A stretch of DNA of 64,000 nt from contig JAOUEV010000007.1 of assembly GCA_029858565.1 (NCBI GenBank), positions 32,001 to 96,000 on the forward strand. Reading direction: 5' to 3'. Positions 9,615 to 19,900 of this stretch are shown here, piece after piece (the stretch's first letter is position 1; the number at the start of each line of letters is the position of its first letter). Position numbers and translations under genes: made by a program. The stretch comes from Nitrospirota bacterium. GTDB lineage: Bacteria > Nitrospirota > UBA9217. Under the pieces are notes generated by a model. The model saw only the letters and a list, made by a program, of their open reading frames with translations. It ran no database searches and was not told the DNA's origin.

Positions 9615-10121
9615 CCGGTTCGGCAAGCGGGTAACCTTTGAAGAGTGGATCAAGCACGAGCAAAAGGCCCTGGTCAAGAAGATCACCCGTTCATCCGCGA
9701 ATCCACATGGCCGGTCATCCTGACCGCGCCGGTCGTCTGGTCAGTGCTGCCGGCCGCCTTCCTGTTCGACCTGATGATGACCCTGTTCCAGTCGCTTTGC
9801 TTCCCGATCTACGGTATCCCCCATGTTCAACGGGGCGATTATATCATCCTTGACCGGCACGCGCTGCCGTACCTGAACCTTGTCGAGAAGCTCAACTGCG
9901 AATATTGCGCTTATGTCAACGGGCTGCTCGCGTACACGTGGGAGATCGCCGGCCGCACGGAGCAGTACTGGTGTCCCATCAAGCATGCCCGCAAGATGAC
10001 GACCATTCATCTGCGCTATGTCAAATTCCTGGAATACGGGGATGGCGCGGGATACCGGGAGCATATTGAAAAGACCAGAATGGATTTTGAGGACCTGCCG
10101 GAAGGCCGGGAAGGCGGATAG
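9615..10121 (+). pseudogene. Conserved hypothetical membrane protein, 5'-truncated and frameshifted near 9690
   Basis: CFPIYGIP..RGDYIILDRH..YLN..EKLNCEYCAY.NG...RTEQYWCPIKHA; upstream part GKRVTFEEWIKHEQK is in a different frame. Confidence 0.6.
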
Positions 10122-10132
10122 CCGCCGATCCC

Positions 10133-11791
10133 TCAGCGGGGACGGTGGCTCGACGGCGCCGCTGCCAGTGTTTTGACGGACCTGCACTGTGCAAAGATAT
10201 CCCGGTTCTGTCTGTAGACATCGGTCCGGACATCAAAGGCGCCGAGGAGCGTGTGAAAAATATTGGAATGGGAGAACTGCTCGTGGCGCTTCGCCTGCAG
10301 GCACTCCTGGTCGAGGTTCTGGTTTGCCGCGTAGCCCTTGGACATCCAGAGAATGAGCGGGACGCGGGTCTGCTCTTCAGGAGCGAGAAAATAGGGCAGA
10401 CCATGCAGGTAGACCCCGTTCTCCCCGAGCGATTCCCCGTGATCGGAGAAATACACCAGGAGGGTGTCGTAGGCCCCCGAGTTCCGTCTCAGGAGATCGA
10501 TGGTCCGGTGCAGGAAATAGTCTGTGTAGAGGATCGTGTTGTCATAGGCATTGATGATATCGTTGTTCGCGCAGGTTTCCGGCGAGCTGTTGCTGCATTC
10601 CGGTTCAAAGACGCTGAAGTTTTCGGGATGCCGCTTGAAGTAGGCGGGGCCGTGGCTTCCCTTCTGATGGAGCACGATGAGCGCGTCGGAATCTGAGCTC
10701 TGCAGCCGTTCCGGCAGTCCGGAGAGCAGAATCTCGTCATAGCACTCCCCGCTGGTGCAGACGCCGTCCGTTGAGCCATGCGAGAGGTCCTCCATGGTCA
10801 CCCGCGCGCAGACGCCCTTGCAGCCGGCATTGTTGTCGCGCCAGAGCACGCTGATCCCCGCCCGCGACAGCACATCCAGCACATTCTCGAACTGCGCCGC
10901 CTTGCTCACCGAGTATTCGGTCCGGTCAAGATGGGAGAACATGCAGGGAAGGGATTCGGCGGTCGCGGTGCCGCAGGCATAGGCCCTGGTGAAACTGATC
11001 ACCCCGTCCTCTTCCAGGAAGGGGTTCGTGTTACGCTCATAGCCATTGAGCGAGAATTCCTTGCTGCGGGCTGTTTCGCCCACCACGAGGATCACCACAG
11101 TCTTCTTTTTGCCCGGGCGGGCCGGTTTCCGGCTGGCATCCGTGCCGATCGCCGCTACGGCCGCAGGCGTTCGCTCTCGGTGCCGGCCGTAGGTGAGTGC
11201 GGAATAGACAGCGTAGAGGGGATTGACCGCCATGCGAAGCTCCTTGTGCTCTCTCCCCATCAAGGTCAGATCCTTGTAGCTCAGCAGCGCGGCACCTGCA
11301 GCCACGGTGAGCGCCATGCCGATCGAGGCCAATCGAAAGGTGATCTCCTTGAGCAACGGGCGGGACCGGACGCGGACCAGCGCGGCCGCCAGCGCCGGCA
11401 GGATACCGAACAGCAGGACATGAACCGCGAAGGCTGCCGACAGCAGTTCGGCCGCCTCCCGGTTGTCCGTTTCCAGGACGCTCTGCAGCATGACGCGATC
11501 TATGATCACGCCGTAGCCCGAGGAGAAGTACCTGATGACCGACGAGAGAATGAGGACCGCCATCAACAGGGGCTGGAACAGGTAGGAGACACTCAAGAGG
11601 AGGAAGATCGCCGTCAATGCGCCGGTCAGGATGGCGAATGCGGCGACGGCAAATAAAACGCCATGCGCCGTGCGCGGATCAACGACCTTGAACAGGGAGC
11701 TCCAGAAGAGGCTGTTGTCGACCAGGATGATGAACGCCGCGCAAACTGCCGCCAGGGCAGGTGCATTTATGGCAGGTCTTGTCAATTTCAT
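10133..11791 (-). CDS. eptA: Lipid A phosphoethanolamine transferase
   Basis: Five N-terminal TM segments; VVGETAR, CGTATAESLPCMFS (catalytic Thr), HQKGSHGPAY, SDHGESLGE and HSNIFHT. Confidence 0.92.
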   Translation of the reverse strand: MKLTRPAINAPALAAVCAAFIILVDNSLFWSSLFKVVDPRTAHGVLFAVAAFAILTGALTAIFLLLSVSYLFQPLLMAVLILSSVIRYFSSGYGVIIDRVMLQSVLETDNREAAELLSAAFAVHVLLFGILPALAAALVRVRSRPLLKEITFRLASIGMALTVAAGAALLSYKDLTLMGREHKELRMAVNPLYAVYSALTYGRHRERTPAAVAAIGTDASRKPARPGKKKTVVILVVGETARSKEFSLNGYERNTNPFLEEDGVISFTRAYACGTATAESLPCMFSHLDRTEYSVSKAAQFENVLDVLSRAGISVLWRDNNAGCKGVCARVTMEDLSHGSTDGVCTSGECYDEILLSGLPERLQSSDSDALIVLHQKGSHGPAYFKRHPENFSVFEPECSNSSPETCANNDIINAYDNTILYTDYFLHRTIDLLRRNSGAYDTLLVYFSDHGESLGENGVYLHGLPYFLAPEEQTRVPLILWMSKGYAANQNLDQECLQAKRHEQFSHSNIFHTLLGAFDVRTDVYRQNRDIFAQCRSVKTLAAAPSSHRPR

Positions 11792-12099
11792 GTGAAAAAA
11801 TATGGAAATATCTTCGGATTGCGCGTACGAACGAGGTCGTGTCGTGTTCTGCAATTGAAAGGGGACTCGAAACTGTCGGTGCCCGCGCCCGGAGAGAACC
11901 TGTCAGAACGGAGACAAGTTAGCTCTTTTATTGGTCATTGTAAAGAACAAAGCGCTGTCCCGCCGCGCAGCCCGGCAATGTTCTCCATCAATGGCTCCTG
12001 TGTCCGCCGGTCCCATCGCCCGATTTGACTCGTTGTGCCTTGTCTGCTATCCTGCAGATCAGAGGATCTTTTCGCGCGGCGGTCGACAGAAAACAACTT

Positions 12100-12681
12100 A
12101 TGTTACCTCTCTGGATCAAGATTTCCTATACGTTCTTCGCGGTGGTCACGGTCGCTGTCTATGCGGTCAAATACCCGCCGGCGAACTTCCTCTGGTTCTC
12201 GGACATAGCCCTGGTGCTGACCGTGCCCGCGCTCTGGCTCGAGAGCAGCCTTCTCGCCAGCACGCTGATCGTCGGCGTGCTGCTGCCCGAGGTGTTCTGG
12301 AACGCAGGATACTTCGGGCGCCTCCTGACCGGGAAGCGGCTCGCGGGGCTCACAGACTACATGTTCGATCCGGGAAAACCGCTTTACCTCCGGGCGCTGT
12401 CGCTGTTTCATGTGTTCCTGCCCCTTTTGCTGCTCTGGATGGTCCGGCGTCTCGGATATGCGCCGCAGGCATGGCTTGTGCAGACCCTCCTTGCCTGGAT
12501 CGTTCTTCCGCTGACCTATGGCTTGGCGGACCCGAAGCTGAACGTGAACTGGGTCCGCGGCTTTGGAAGTGCCGGGCGATTGAGGTTGCCTCCGCTCGTG
12601 CATCTGTGCCTGCTGATGATCGGCTTTCCCGCGCTGGTGTACCTACCCGCGCATTTCCTGCTCGCGGCGCTGTTCAATTGA
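12100..12681 (+). CDS. Integral membrane protein of unknown function
   Basis: Multiple TM helices; NFLWFSDIAL, GLTDYMFD, LSLFH and NVNWV. Confidence 0.75.
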   Translation: MLPLWIKISYTFFAVVTVAVYAVKYPPANFLWFSDIALVLTVPALWLESSLLASTLIVGVLLPEVFWNAGYFGRLLTGKRLAGLTDYMFDPGKPLYLRALSLFHVFLPLLLLWMVRRLGYAPQAWLVQTLLAWIVLPLTYGLADPKLNVNWVRGFGSAGRLRLPPLVHLCLLMIGFPALVYLPAHFLLAALFN

Positions 12682-12704
12682 TCTCCCTGCGGCTCCGGCA
12701 AATA

Positions 12705-12733
12705 TTGACATCCTCAGCTGCGAGTGGTATTAA
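12705..12733 (+). promoter_or_regulatory. Possible sigma70 promoter
   Basis: TTGACA-N17-TATTAA. Confidence 0.45.
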
Positions 12734-13005
12734 CTGTACTGGCAAATGCAGTTGGTCCGCTGTTTGAACCGTTGTATTGATCGTTGCGGAATCAGTTATT
12801 TGCCAGCTCATTCCTTCCGGGTGCTCATTTCCGGGTTTTGCACAGGACGAATTCGTCTGTTCTTCATCTTTTCCGCCGAGATCTGGAATCAGCGGAACGA
12901 GCTTGTCGCGGAATACGATCGGATCGTGGGCGCGGTTCCGGGCAAGGGCCGGTCAGCATAAACATCCCGGGCCGCGCAACCGCGGTCCCGTCCTCCTCCA
13001 TCCCT

Positions 13006-13554
13006 ATGGCCCTCAAATCAACCATCTTCAAGGCCGACCTGTCGATCTCCGACATGACGCGCAACTATTACCACGACCACAGCGTAACCATTGCCCGCCA
13101 TCCGTCGGAGAACGACGAACGCATGATGGTGCGACTCCTGGCGTTCGGCCTGCACGCCGATGAGGCGCTGATCTTCGGCAATAAGATCGGCAATGATGAT
13201 GAGCCGGATCTTTGGCAGCGCGACCTTACCGGAGCGATCGATCTCTGGATCGACGTGGGCCAGCCCGATGAGAAACTGGTGCGCAGGGCCTGCGGACGGT
13301 CCCGAATGGTCTGTATTTATCCTTACAGCGGACACAGTGCCGCGGTCTGGTGGGATCAGGCGAAACACAGTCTCGAAAAGATCAGGAACCTGCAGGTGGT
13401 CTCTGTGCCGGAGGAAGCGTCCCGGTCTCTCGCGAAACTTGCACAGCGCACCATGAAACTGCAGTTCACCATTCAGGACAACCAGATCTGGGTCTCCAAC
13501 GGGAACGAGACCGTGCATGTTGAGCTGCGGCCATTCCTGTTGCGCACGAGGTAG
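13006..13554 (+). CDS. yaeQ: YaeQ family protein
   Basis: MALKSTIFKA..ISDM.R.YY, ARHPSENDERMMVRLLAF, DEPDLW and WIDVGQPDE. Confidence 0.92.
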   Translation: MALKSTIFKADLSISDMTRNYYHDHSVTIARHPSENDERMMVRLLAFGLHADEALIFGNKIGNDDEPDLWQRDLTGAIDLWIDVGQPDEKLVRRACGRSRMVCIYPYSGHSAAVWWDQAKHSLEKIRNLQVVSVPEEASRSLAKLAQRTMKLQFTIQDNQIWVSNGNETVHVELRPFLLRTR

Positions 13555-13627
13555 GGGATGATAGGCGGCTTCCGCAGGCAATTCGGTCTGATACCCCGGT
13601 CAGCACGGATCTTCGCGGGTTCCCCGA

Positions 13628-13656
13628 TTGACTTGATCGGGCAATGCTCCTATACT
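13628..13656 (+). promoter_or_regulatory. Sigma70 promoter
   Basis: TTGACT-N17-TATACT upstream of the TauE-family gene. Confidence 0.65.
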
Positions 13657-13720
13657 GGAGGCGGTCACAGGTTCCGGTGTAGAAAGCACAGTGCATTTCT
13701 TTCCTGGAGGACGACCGGCT

Positions 13721-14692
13721 GTGGAATTCCTGAACATGACCTTTTCCGTTTCCGGTGTCAGCACCAACGTGCTGCTCCCGCCGCTGATCTCCCTTGTCAT
13801 TTCCTACTTCACGTCCATGGGCGGCATCTCGGGCGCTTTTCTTCTTCTTCCGTTCCAGATGAGCATTCTGAATTATACGGCGCCGTCGGTCAGCGGGACG
13901 AACCACGTTTTCAACATCATTGCCATTCCGAGCGGCGTGTACCGGTATATTAAGGAACGCCGCATGGCCTGGCCTTTGACCTGGGTGGTCATTGCCGGTA
14001 CGCTGCCGGGAGTGTTCATCGGATATTATCTTCGTGTGCTCTATCTCCCTGATCCGAAGACATTCAAGCTGTTTGCTGGATGCGTACTGCTGTACATAGG
14101 GCTCAGGCTTATGAAGGACCTGCTCAGCGGAAACACGGCGCAGTCCTCGGGAGCGCAGGCGCTTGAGGAAAAATTCAAGACCCGTGTCGCGGAGCGCAGG
14201 AGAGCGCAGGGTTCAAAGATGGCCGCGGGCATTCCAACTGACGCGGTTGTGAGGACTATCAGCGTGTCGCTCAAAAAGGTGGAGTACGAATTCTGGGGCG
14301 AACGGTTCTCGTTCAACACCCTGGGCATGTTCGGCCTTGCATGTATCGTCGGCATCATCGGCGGAGCCTATGGCATCGGAGGCGGCGCCATCATCGCGCC
14401 CTTCTGCGTGGCCTTCTTCCAACTCCCTGTTTACACGATCGCCGGAGCGACCCTGATGGGCACCTTTATCACTTCGATCGCCGGCGCGCTGTTCTTCACC
14501 CTCTTGCCCCCGGCGCAGGGGGTCTCTCCACTGCCCGACTGGCCCCTGGGCATTCTTTTCGGCATCGGCGGATTCGCGGGCATGTACCTCGGAGCGAAGT
14601 CCCAGAAATACCTGCCTCAGAATCTCATCAAGATCATAGTCGGCAGCGCGATTCTGTTCCTGGCGATAAAATATATTGTTCAGTACTTCTAG
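13721..14692 (+). CDS. Sulfite exporter TauE/SafE family membrane protein
   Basis: Duplicated GGISGAFLLLP / GIGGGAIIAP motifs and about 8 TMs; GTG start after GGAGG. Confidence 0.85.
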   Translation: MEFLNMTFSVSGVSTNVLLPPLISLVISYFTSMGGISGAFLLLPFQMSILNYTAPSVSGTNHVFNIIAIPSGVYRYIKERRMAWPLTWVVIAGTLPGVFIGYYLRVLYLPDPKTFKLFAGCVLLYIGLRLMKDLLSGNTAQSSGAQALEEKFKTRVAERRRAQGSKMAAGIPTDAVVRTISVSLKKVEYEFWGERFSFNTLGMFGLACIVGIIGGAYGIGGGAIIAPFCVAFFQLPVYTIAGATLMGTFITSIAGALFFTLLPPAQGVSPLPDWPLGILFGIGGFAGMYLGAKSQKYLPQNLIKIIVGSAILFLAIKYIVQYF

Positions 14693-14728
14693 GGACCAGG
14701 AGCAGCCGCACGGATCCCGGAGCATGTC

Positions 14729-15367
14729 ATGACCTGTCCCCTATGCAGCGCGAAGACGGTAGCTGATTACTGCCGCGACACTGTCCGGGAGTATCTTCGC
14801 TGTGACCGGTGCGGTCTGGTCTTTGTCCCTGGCCGGTTCCATCTTTCTCCGGAGGACGAAAAAAAAAGATATGACCTGCACCGGAACGCGCCGGATGATC
14901 CCGGGTATCGGGGATTTCTGAATCGCTTGTTCATTCCTGTGAACGAACGTCTGGCGCCGGCAAGTACGGGCCTCGATTTCGGCTCAGGTCCTGAACCGCT
15001 GCTCTCCCGGATGTTCGGGGAAGCGGGCCACACCATGCGGTCTTATGATCCTTTTTACGGTCCTTTTTCCATTCCCGGAGAACAGCGCTTCGATTTTATC
15101 ACAGCGAGCGAGGTGGTCGAGCATCTGCGTCAGCCGCGGAAGGAACTGGACCAGCTCTGGGCCCTTCTGCGGCCGGGAGGATTTCTCGGCATCATGACGC
15201 AGCCGCTTGTGGAGCAGAGCGCATTCCCTGCCTGGCATTACAAGAACGACCGCACCCATATTCTCTTCTTCTCGCCGCCGACCTTTCTCTGGCTGGCGGA
15301 GCATTGGGGCGCAGACCTGACATTCCCGGAGAAGGACCTTGTTATCTTCCGGAAGCGCAGAGCGTAA
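14729..15367 (+). CDS. Class I SAM-dependent methyltransferase with an N-terminal Zn ribbon
   Basis: CPLC...CDRC; LDFGSG, FDFITASEVVEH and WHYKNDRTH. Confidence 0.85.
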   Translation: MTCPLCSAKTVADYCRDTVREYLRCDRCGLVFVPGRFHLSPEDEKKRYDLHRNAPDDPGYRGFLNRLFIPVNERLAPASTGLDFGSGPEPLLSRMFGEAGHTMRSYDPFYGPFSIPGEQRFDFITASEVVEHLRQPRKELDQLWALLRPGGFLGIMTQPLVEQSAFPAWHYKNDRTHILFFSPPTFLWLAEHWGADLTFPEKDLVIFRKRRA

Positions 15368-15383
15368 GGGTGTATAATCCGCC

Positions 15384-16136
15384 ATGCGCTCCCTCCCCAT
15401 CATTTATCTGGACGAACGCCTGGTCGCGGTGAACAAGCCCGCGGGTCTTCTTGTGCACAGGAGCGCTATCGACCGCAGCGAGACCGAGTATGCCATGCAG
15501 ATACTGCGTGACCAGCTTGGCCGCTGGGTCTATCCGCTGCACCGGCTGGACAAGGCAACCTCCGGAGCATTGCTCTTCGCACTGGACAGGGATTACGCCG
15601 GCATCATGACGGGGATCTTTTCCCGAGGGAGGGTCTCCAAAACCTATCTGGCCGTGGTGCGCGGGTTCACCGCCGAGCAGGGCAGTATTGACCATCCTCT
15701 GAAAGTACTGCAGGACAGAACGACCGATCATCTTGCTGCGCCGGACAAACCGGCACAGGAAGCGGTAACCGATTATGAACGCCTTGCAACTGTCGAATTT
15801 CCTTATCCCGTGGGGCGCTATGCCACGGCACGGTTCTCTCTCATCAAAGCACATCCCCGGACCGGCCGCATGCATCAATTGCGGCGTCATATGAAGCACA
15901 TCTTCCATCCGATCATCGGCGATACGACCTACGGGGACGGCAAACAGAACGAGTTCTTCCGCCGGGAACTCGGGTGCCGGCGCCTGCTGCTGCACAGCAG
16001 CGAGATCTCCTTCCCGCACCCCGCCACCGGACATCCGGTCCGCATTCTCGCGCACCCGGAACCTGATCTCAGGGCGTTCCTGCTGAGACTGAACTGGGAC
16101 AGAAACATCACCGACCTGCTGATGACTTCACCATGA
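15384..16136 (+). CDS. truC: tRNA pseudouridine(65) synthase TruC (RluA family)
   Basis: NKPAGLLVHRS, HRLDKATSG, GRMHQLRRHMKHIFHPIIGD and LLLH. Confidence 0.85.
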   Translation: MRSLPIIYLDERLVAVNKPAGLLVHRSAIDRSETEYAMQILRDQLGRWVYPLHRLDKATSGALLFALDRDYAGIMTGIFSRGRVSKTYLAVVRGFTAEQGSIDHPLKVLQDRTTDHLAAPDKPAQEAVTDYERLATVEFPYPVGRYATARFSLIKAHPRTGRMHQLRRHMKHIFHPIIGDTTYGDGKQNEFFRRELGCRRLLLHSSEISFPHPATGHPVRILAHPEPDLRAFLLRLNWDRNITDLLMTSP

Positions 16137-16283
16137 ACGGGAAAAAACAGGAGCCGACCACGGTCCTTTTCGACTTTCAACAGGATGAGTACCATCCTGC
16201 AGGAAGAGTTATATCATATCGAAACAAAGCAATTTGTGCCTAAGGTTGTACGGTTTTTTTTTGTGATGGAATTTGTTTCTTTG

Positions 16284-16312
16284 TTGACAGGACAACATGC
16301 GGTCATTATATT
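16284..16312 (+). promoter_or_regulatory. Sigma70 promoter for a leaderless transcript
   Basis: TTGACA-N17-TATATT, with ATG 16319 at the expected +1 and no RBS. Confidence 0.7.
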
Positions 16313-16318
16313 GACGTA

Positions 16319-16609
16319 ATGCGTCTTGGAATCACAATATTGCTTCTCGCTCTCGTTGCTGCGTCAATTATGCCCGCGTTATCCACGCTTGCATATTCAG
16401 GTAATCACACAAGCGAGCATGTGTACTGCACACTGGATGTTTGCCATGGTGCAGTTCATGTCATCTCGTCGAGCGGCATGATGCCCTGTCTTCTTGAGGG
16501 AACCTGCTGTACGCTCCCGGTCCTGACCGCGGGGTCTGTTGATACCTCAACCGCTCAGTTTTCTGATTTCCTCCTCGTCTTTTCGAACGAACGTCCTCCC
16601 CAGTCCTGA
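16319..16609 (+). CDS. Small exported Cys-rich protein ending in an RPP motif (DUF2946-like candidate leader/arrest peptide)
   Basis: N-terminal hydrophobic helix, CTLDVCH, MPCLLEGTCC, C-terminal NERPPQS*. Confidence 0.65.
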   Translation: MRLGITILLLALVAASIMPALSTLAYSGNHTSEHVYCTLDVCHGAVHVISSSGMMPCLLEGTCCTLPVLTAGSVDTSTAQFSDFLLVFSNERPPQS

Positions 16610-16960
16610 TCAATATTACATAACCTAACGGTGTACTGCCGGATGCGAGATCATAATTCTCGAAGGGATCAGCGCAGCCGGATTCTGCACGCGATGATCA
16701 CCACCCTGTTCGCGTCGGCGCATATCCTTACGCAGGACTGCTCATGCGTTTTCGTGAAGAAACCGCTCTAGCAGGCAGGGGTTATCCGTGCATATGCCGT
16801 ATTGGTTCTAAGGTATTAATCATGCGCGTGCTTTTGGCATAAAAAAAGACGGTATAACAACAAGTTCCAGTGAATGTTTATGTGCTACAATAAATTCAGG
16901 ACGGAACTTCGGCCGCTCGCCAAGCACGAGAGGTGTTTTCCCCTTTGCAAGGAGCAGGCC

Positions 16961-19900
16961 ATGGAAGTAGCAAAACATCGTTACCTGAAGTTTGCAGCAA
17001 TCTTATGCATTTTGTCAGCTCTCTATTTCGGACCGGGCAGGGGGGCAATCCTCGCACTCGATTCACCGCACAGCCCGCAATCGAGCAGCCGGCCGATGAC
17101 ATGTTCATCGTGCCATATCTCTCCTTCCGGACCAACGCCTCTCTGGAAAACGCTGCCGACATCAACGGACAATACCTATAAGAACAACCTTTGCACAAGC
17201 TGCCACTCAGCGGGAAAACTGACCACCAGCAAGTACGAGGACATCAAGACGCATACCGCCGGCATCACCGGCAGTTCTTATTGGGGTGGCGCCTGGGCGG
17301 TGGAGTGCGTTACCTGTCATTCGCCGCACTTTCAAATGCAGTCCATAACCTACGGTTCCGATCCCGCGATCAAGCTTGCCAGTGGCACTATATCTGCTCT
17401 TGTATCGTCTCCCAACGCCACGATGTCGACTTTGACGGACAGCACGAAGAATTTCATTCCTGACGAGTATATCGGTCATCTCCTCATTCCGAATACAGCC
17501 TATCCGACCGGGATCTACCGCATCAAGTCAAACACCAGCGCCACCGTCACGGTGGAAGGCGCCATCAACCTGAGCCGTACAGGCGTAGGAAAATCCTATG
17601 CGATCCACTACGGGAAGATGATAAACAGCCAGGTGCGCACGCCCGCTAGCGGGAATCTGCCGGTCAGATTCTTTCACAACACAGGCGCGAACTCCTATGC
17701 AACGAGCACGTCACCGACCGGCATGACATCGATATGTCAGATCTGTCATACCCAGACGGCTTCGTTCAACAACAGCGGCGAGCTGGAGGGGCCGCGTCAT
17801 CCTGCGAACAAGGCGGGGACGAACTGCATGGTCTGTCATCCTCACTCGAAAGGATTCAAGGCAGATTGCGCTCTATGCCATGGAGAGCCGCCGGTGAGTG
17901 CGGACCAGTTGGCCGTACCTCCAACGGGTTCAGATAATCCCGGGAAGCACGAGGGGCATGTGTCGAATGCGGGCATTGCATGCGCGGCCTGCCACCGGGA
18001 CTATCAAATGCCCGATGACACGACCCACAGTATTGACATCGGATTCGACAATTTCGGTTCCGGCGGCGGACAGTACCGGGGCCAGTCTGCGGTTAATTAC
18101 CAGGGACGGAACGGTACGGACGTTAGCGTCCGGGACGATTCGCGGATCTGTACGAACATTACCTGCCACAGCACGGGCAACCTGTCCGTGACCGGCGGCC
18201 AGCTTCCGGCCGTCTACGGCGGGAACAAGTACGCATCGCCCCTCTGGATGACCACGGCTCCCGCCGCGGCATGCGGTTCCTGCCATGGACGGAGCACCTC
18301 GACCGGCATGCCGGACTACACGAACGGAGGCGCGGGTTCGACCACGGCAAACAGCCATCCCAGGCACGTGGTGAGCGGCAATATCGAATGCTCCTGGTGT
18401 CATGTCCGAACCGTACCCGCAGGCATGAGTCCGGTGGACTACAGCCAGGGTAAGCACGTGAATGGGAGCAGCCAGGATGTTTACTTCGCGGCGCCGAACG
18501 AGAGCGCCGCGTATGCCGGCGGAACAAAGACCTGCTCGGCGACCTACTGCCACGGAAGCGCCGCACCGCAATGGGGCGGCACCGCGCCCTGCGGGAGCTG
18601 TCATGCCGCCACGGCGGAGACCATTACGAGCGGGAGCCACCAGGTCCATCTTTCCACAACAGGCGGCCGCGGGCCCAATGGGGTGAGCGTCATCGTGACC
18701 TGCGACACCTGTCATGGCACGGGAGCCGTTTCAGGTGCGCACAGCGGTCACGTGGACGGCTCCGTGACCTTTACCGACGTCAATGCGATCGCCGCTACCA
18801 GTGCATGCAATTCCTGTCATAGTCCGGGAGGCGACTATGACGGCGTGAGTGATGCATCCATCGGCGCGAAAACGAACTGGGCCGGCGGGGTCTATTCCGG
18901 AGGCACATTGGCCGCGGGAAAGGAAAAATGGTGCGCTGGCTGCCACGACAAGTCCCCGTCGGTGATAAACACCGTAAACGCGCCTAACATCGCGGGCGAT
19001 GAGTCCGGCTCCTTCATCTACGGCACCGGTTGGGGATTCTATAAGACCGGCCACGGCCTTCCGAGTGCGGGCACCATGCCTGCAAGCGGCGGCGCAACGA
19101 ATGGTCCCGGCAGCAGCTGCACCGATTGCCATGATATATCCAAAGGGCATATCGACGGGGATGCGCGGACCTTTGCTTGCGCCTCCGGCACCGGCGGCGC
19201 CTGCACTACCGCTTACAAGACCGCATATCGTCTGAAGGACGTGGCCGGCGGTTCGCCGCTTGAGATGCCGCCGACAGGTACGAATGCGGAAAGTTTCCGT
19301 CTCTGTTTCAGCTGTCATACCAGCACCGAGGCCTGGCTGACGAACAACCGGGCAGGCACCAACTTCTACCAGGAAGGAACGTCTAGGAACGATCATTACT
19401 ATCACCTTACCGCTGTCGCAAAAACAGCCGAGATCGACTGGGACGGCGCATTCGAAGGGAAAATGTCCTGCATAACCTGCCACAATGTGCATGGCTCCAA
19501 AAATCCGGCCATGATCCGCGCGGATGAACTGACAGGGTTCCCGTCGCTCAGTGTCCGCTACGGCAATGCCGGCAGCACCCACACGGCCGGGCAGATCGAG
19601 CCGGTGCCGAACAATATCACGCTCGTGGAGAGCACCAAGCTGACTATGCTGGGAACCCTGGCAAACACCTATTGTCAGCACTGCCACGGGTCCGGAACCG
19701 CCATTATGACCGTTTCCCGCACTCCGACGGGCATTGAACCGCGTCCGCCTGTGCTTACCTGGGTCGGCTATCCGGGATTCGAGACCGACGGTGCAACGCC
19801 CGATAGCAGCGAGAGCAATAGCGCATTTACCTTCCGTGTCACCTATACGGATATCAATCAGGACGCGCCGACCAAGGTCCAGCTATGGATCGACCTGAAC

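Noticed and set aside
10133-11791. Mobile colistin resistance (mcr) call
   Set aside because: An EptA-family gene with host-like composition and no IS flanks; mcr status cannot be supported without a phylogeny.
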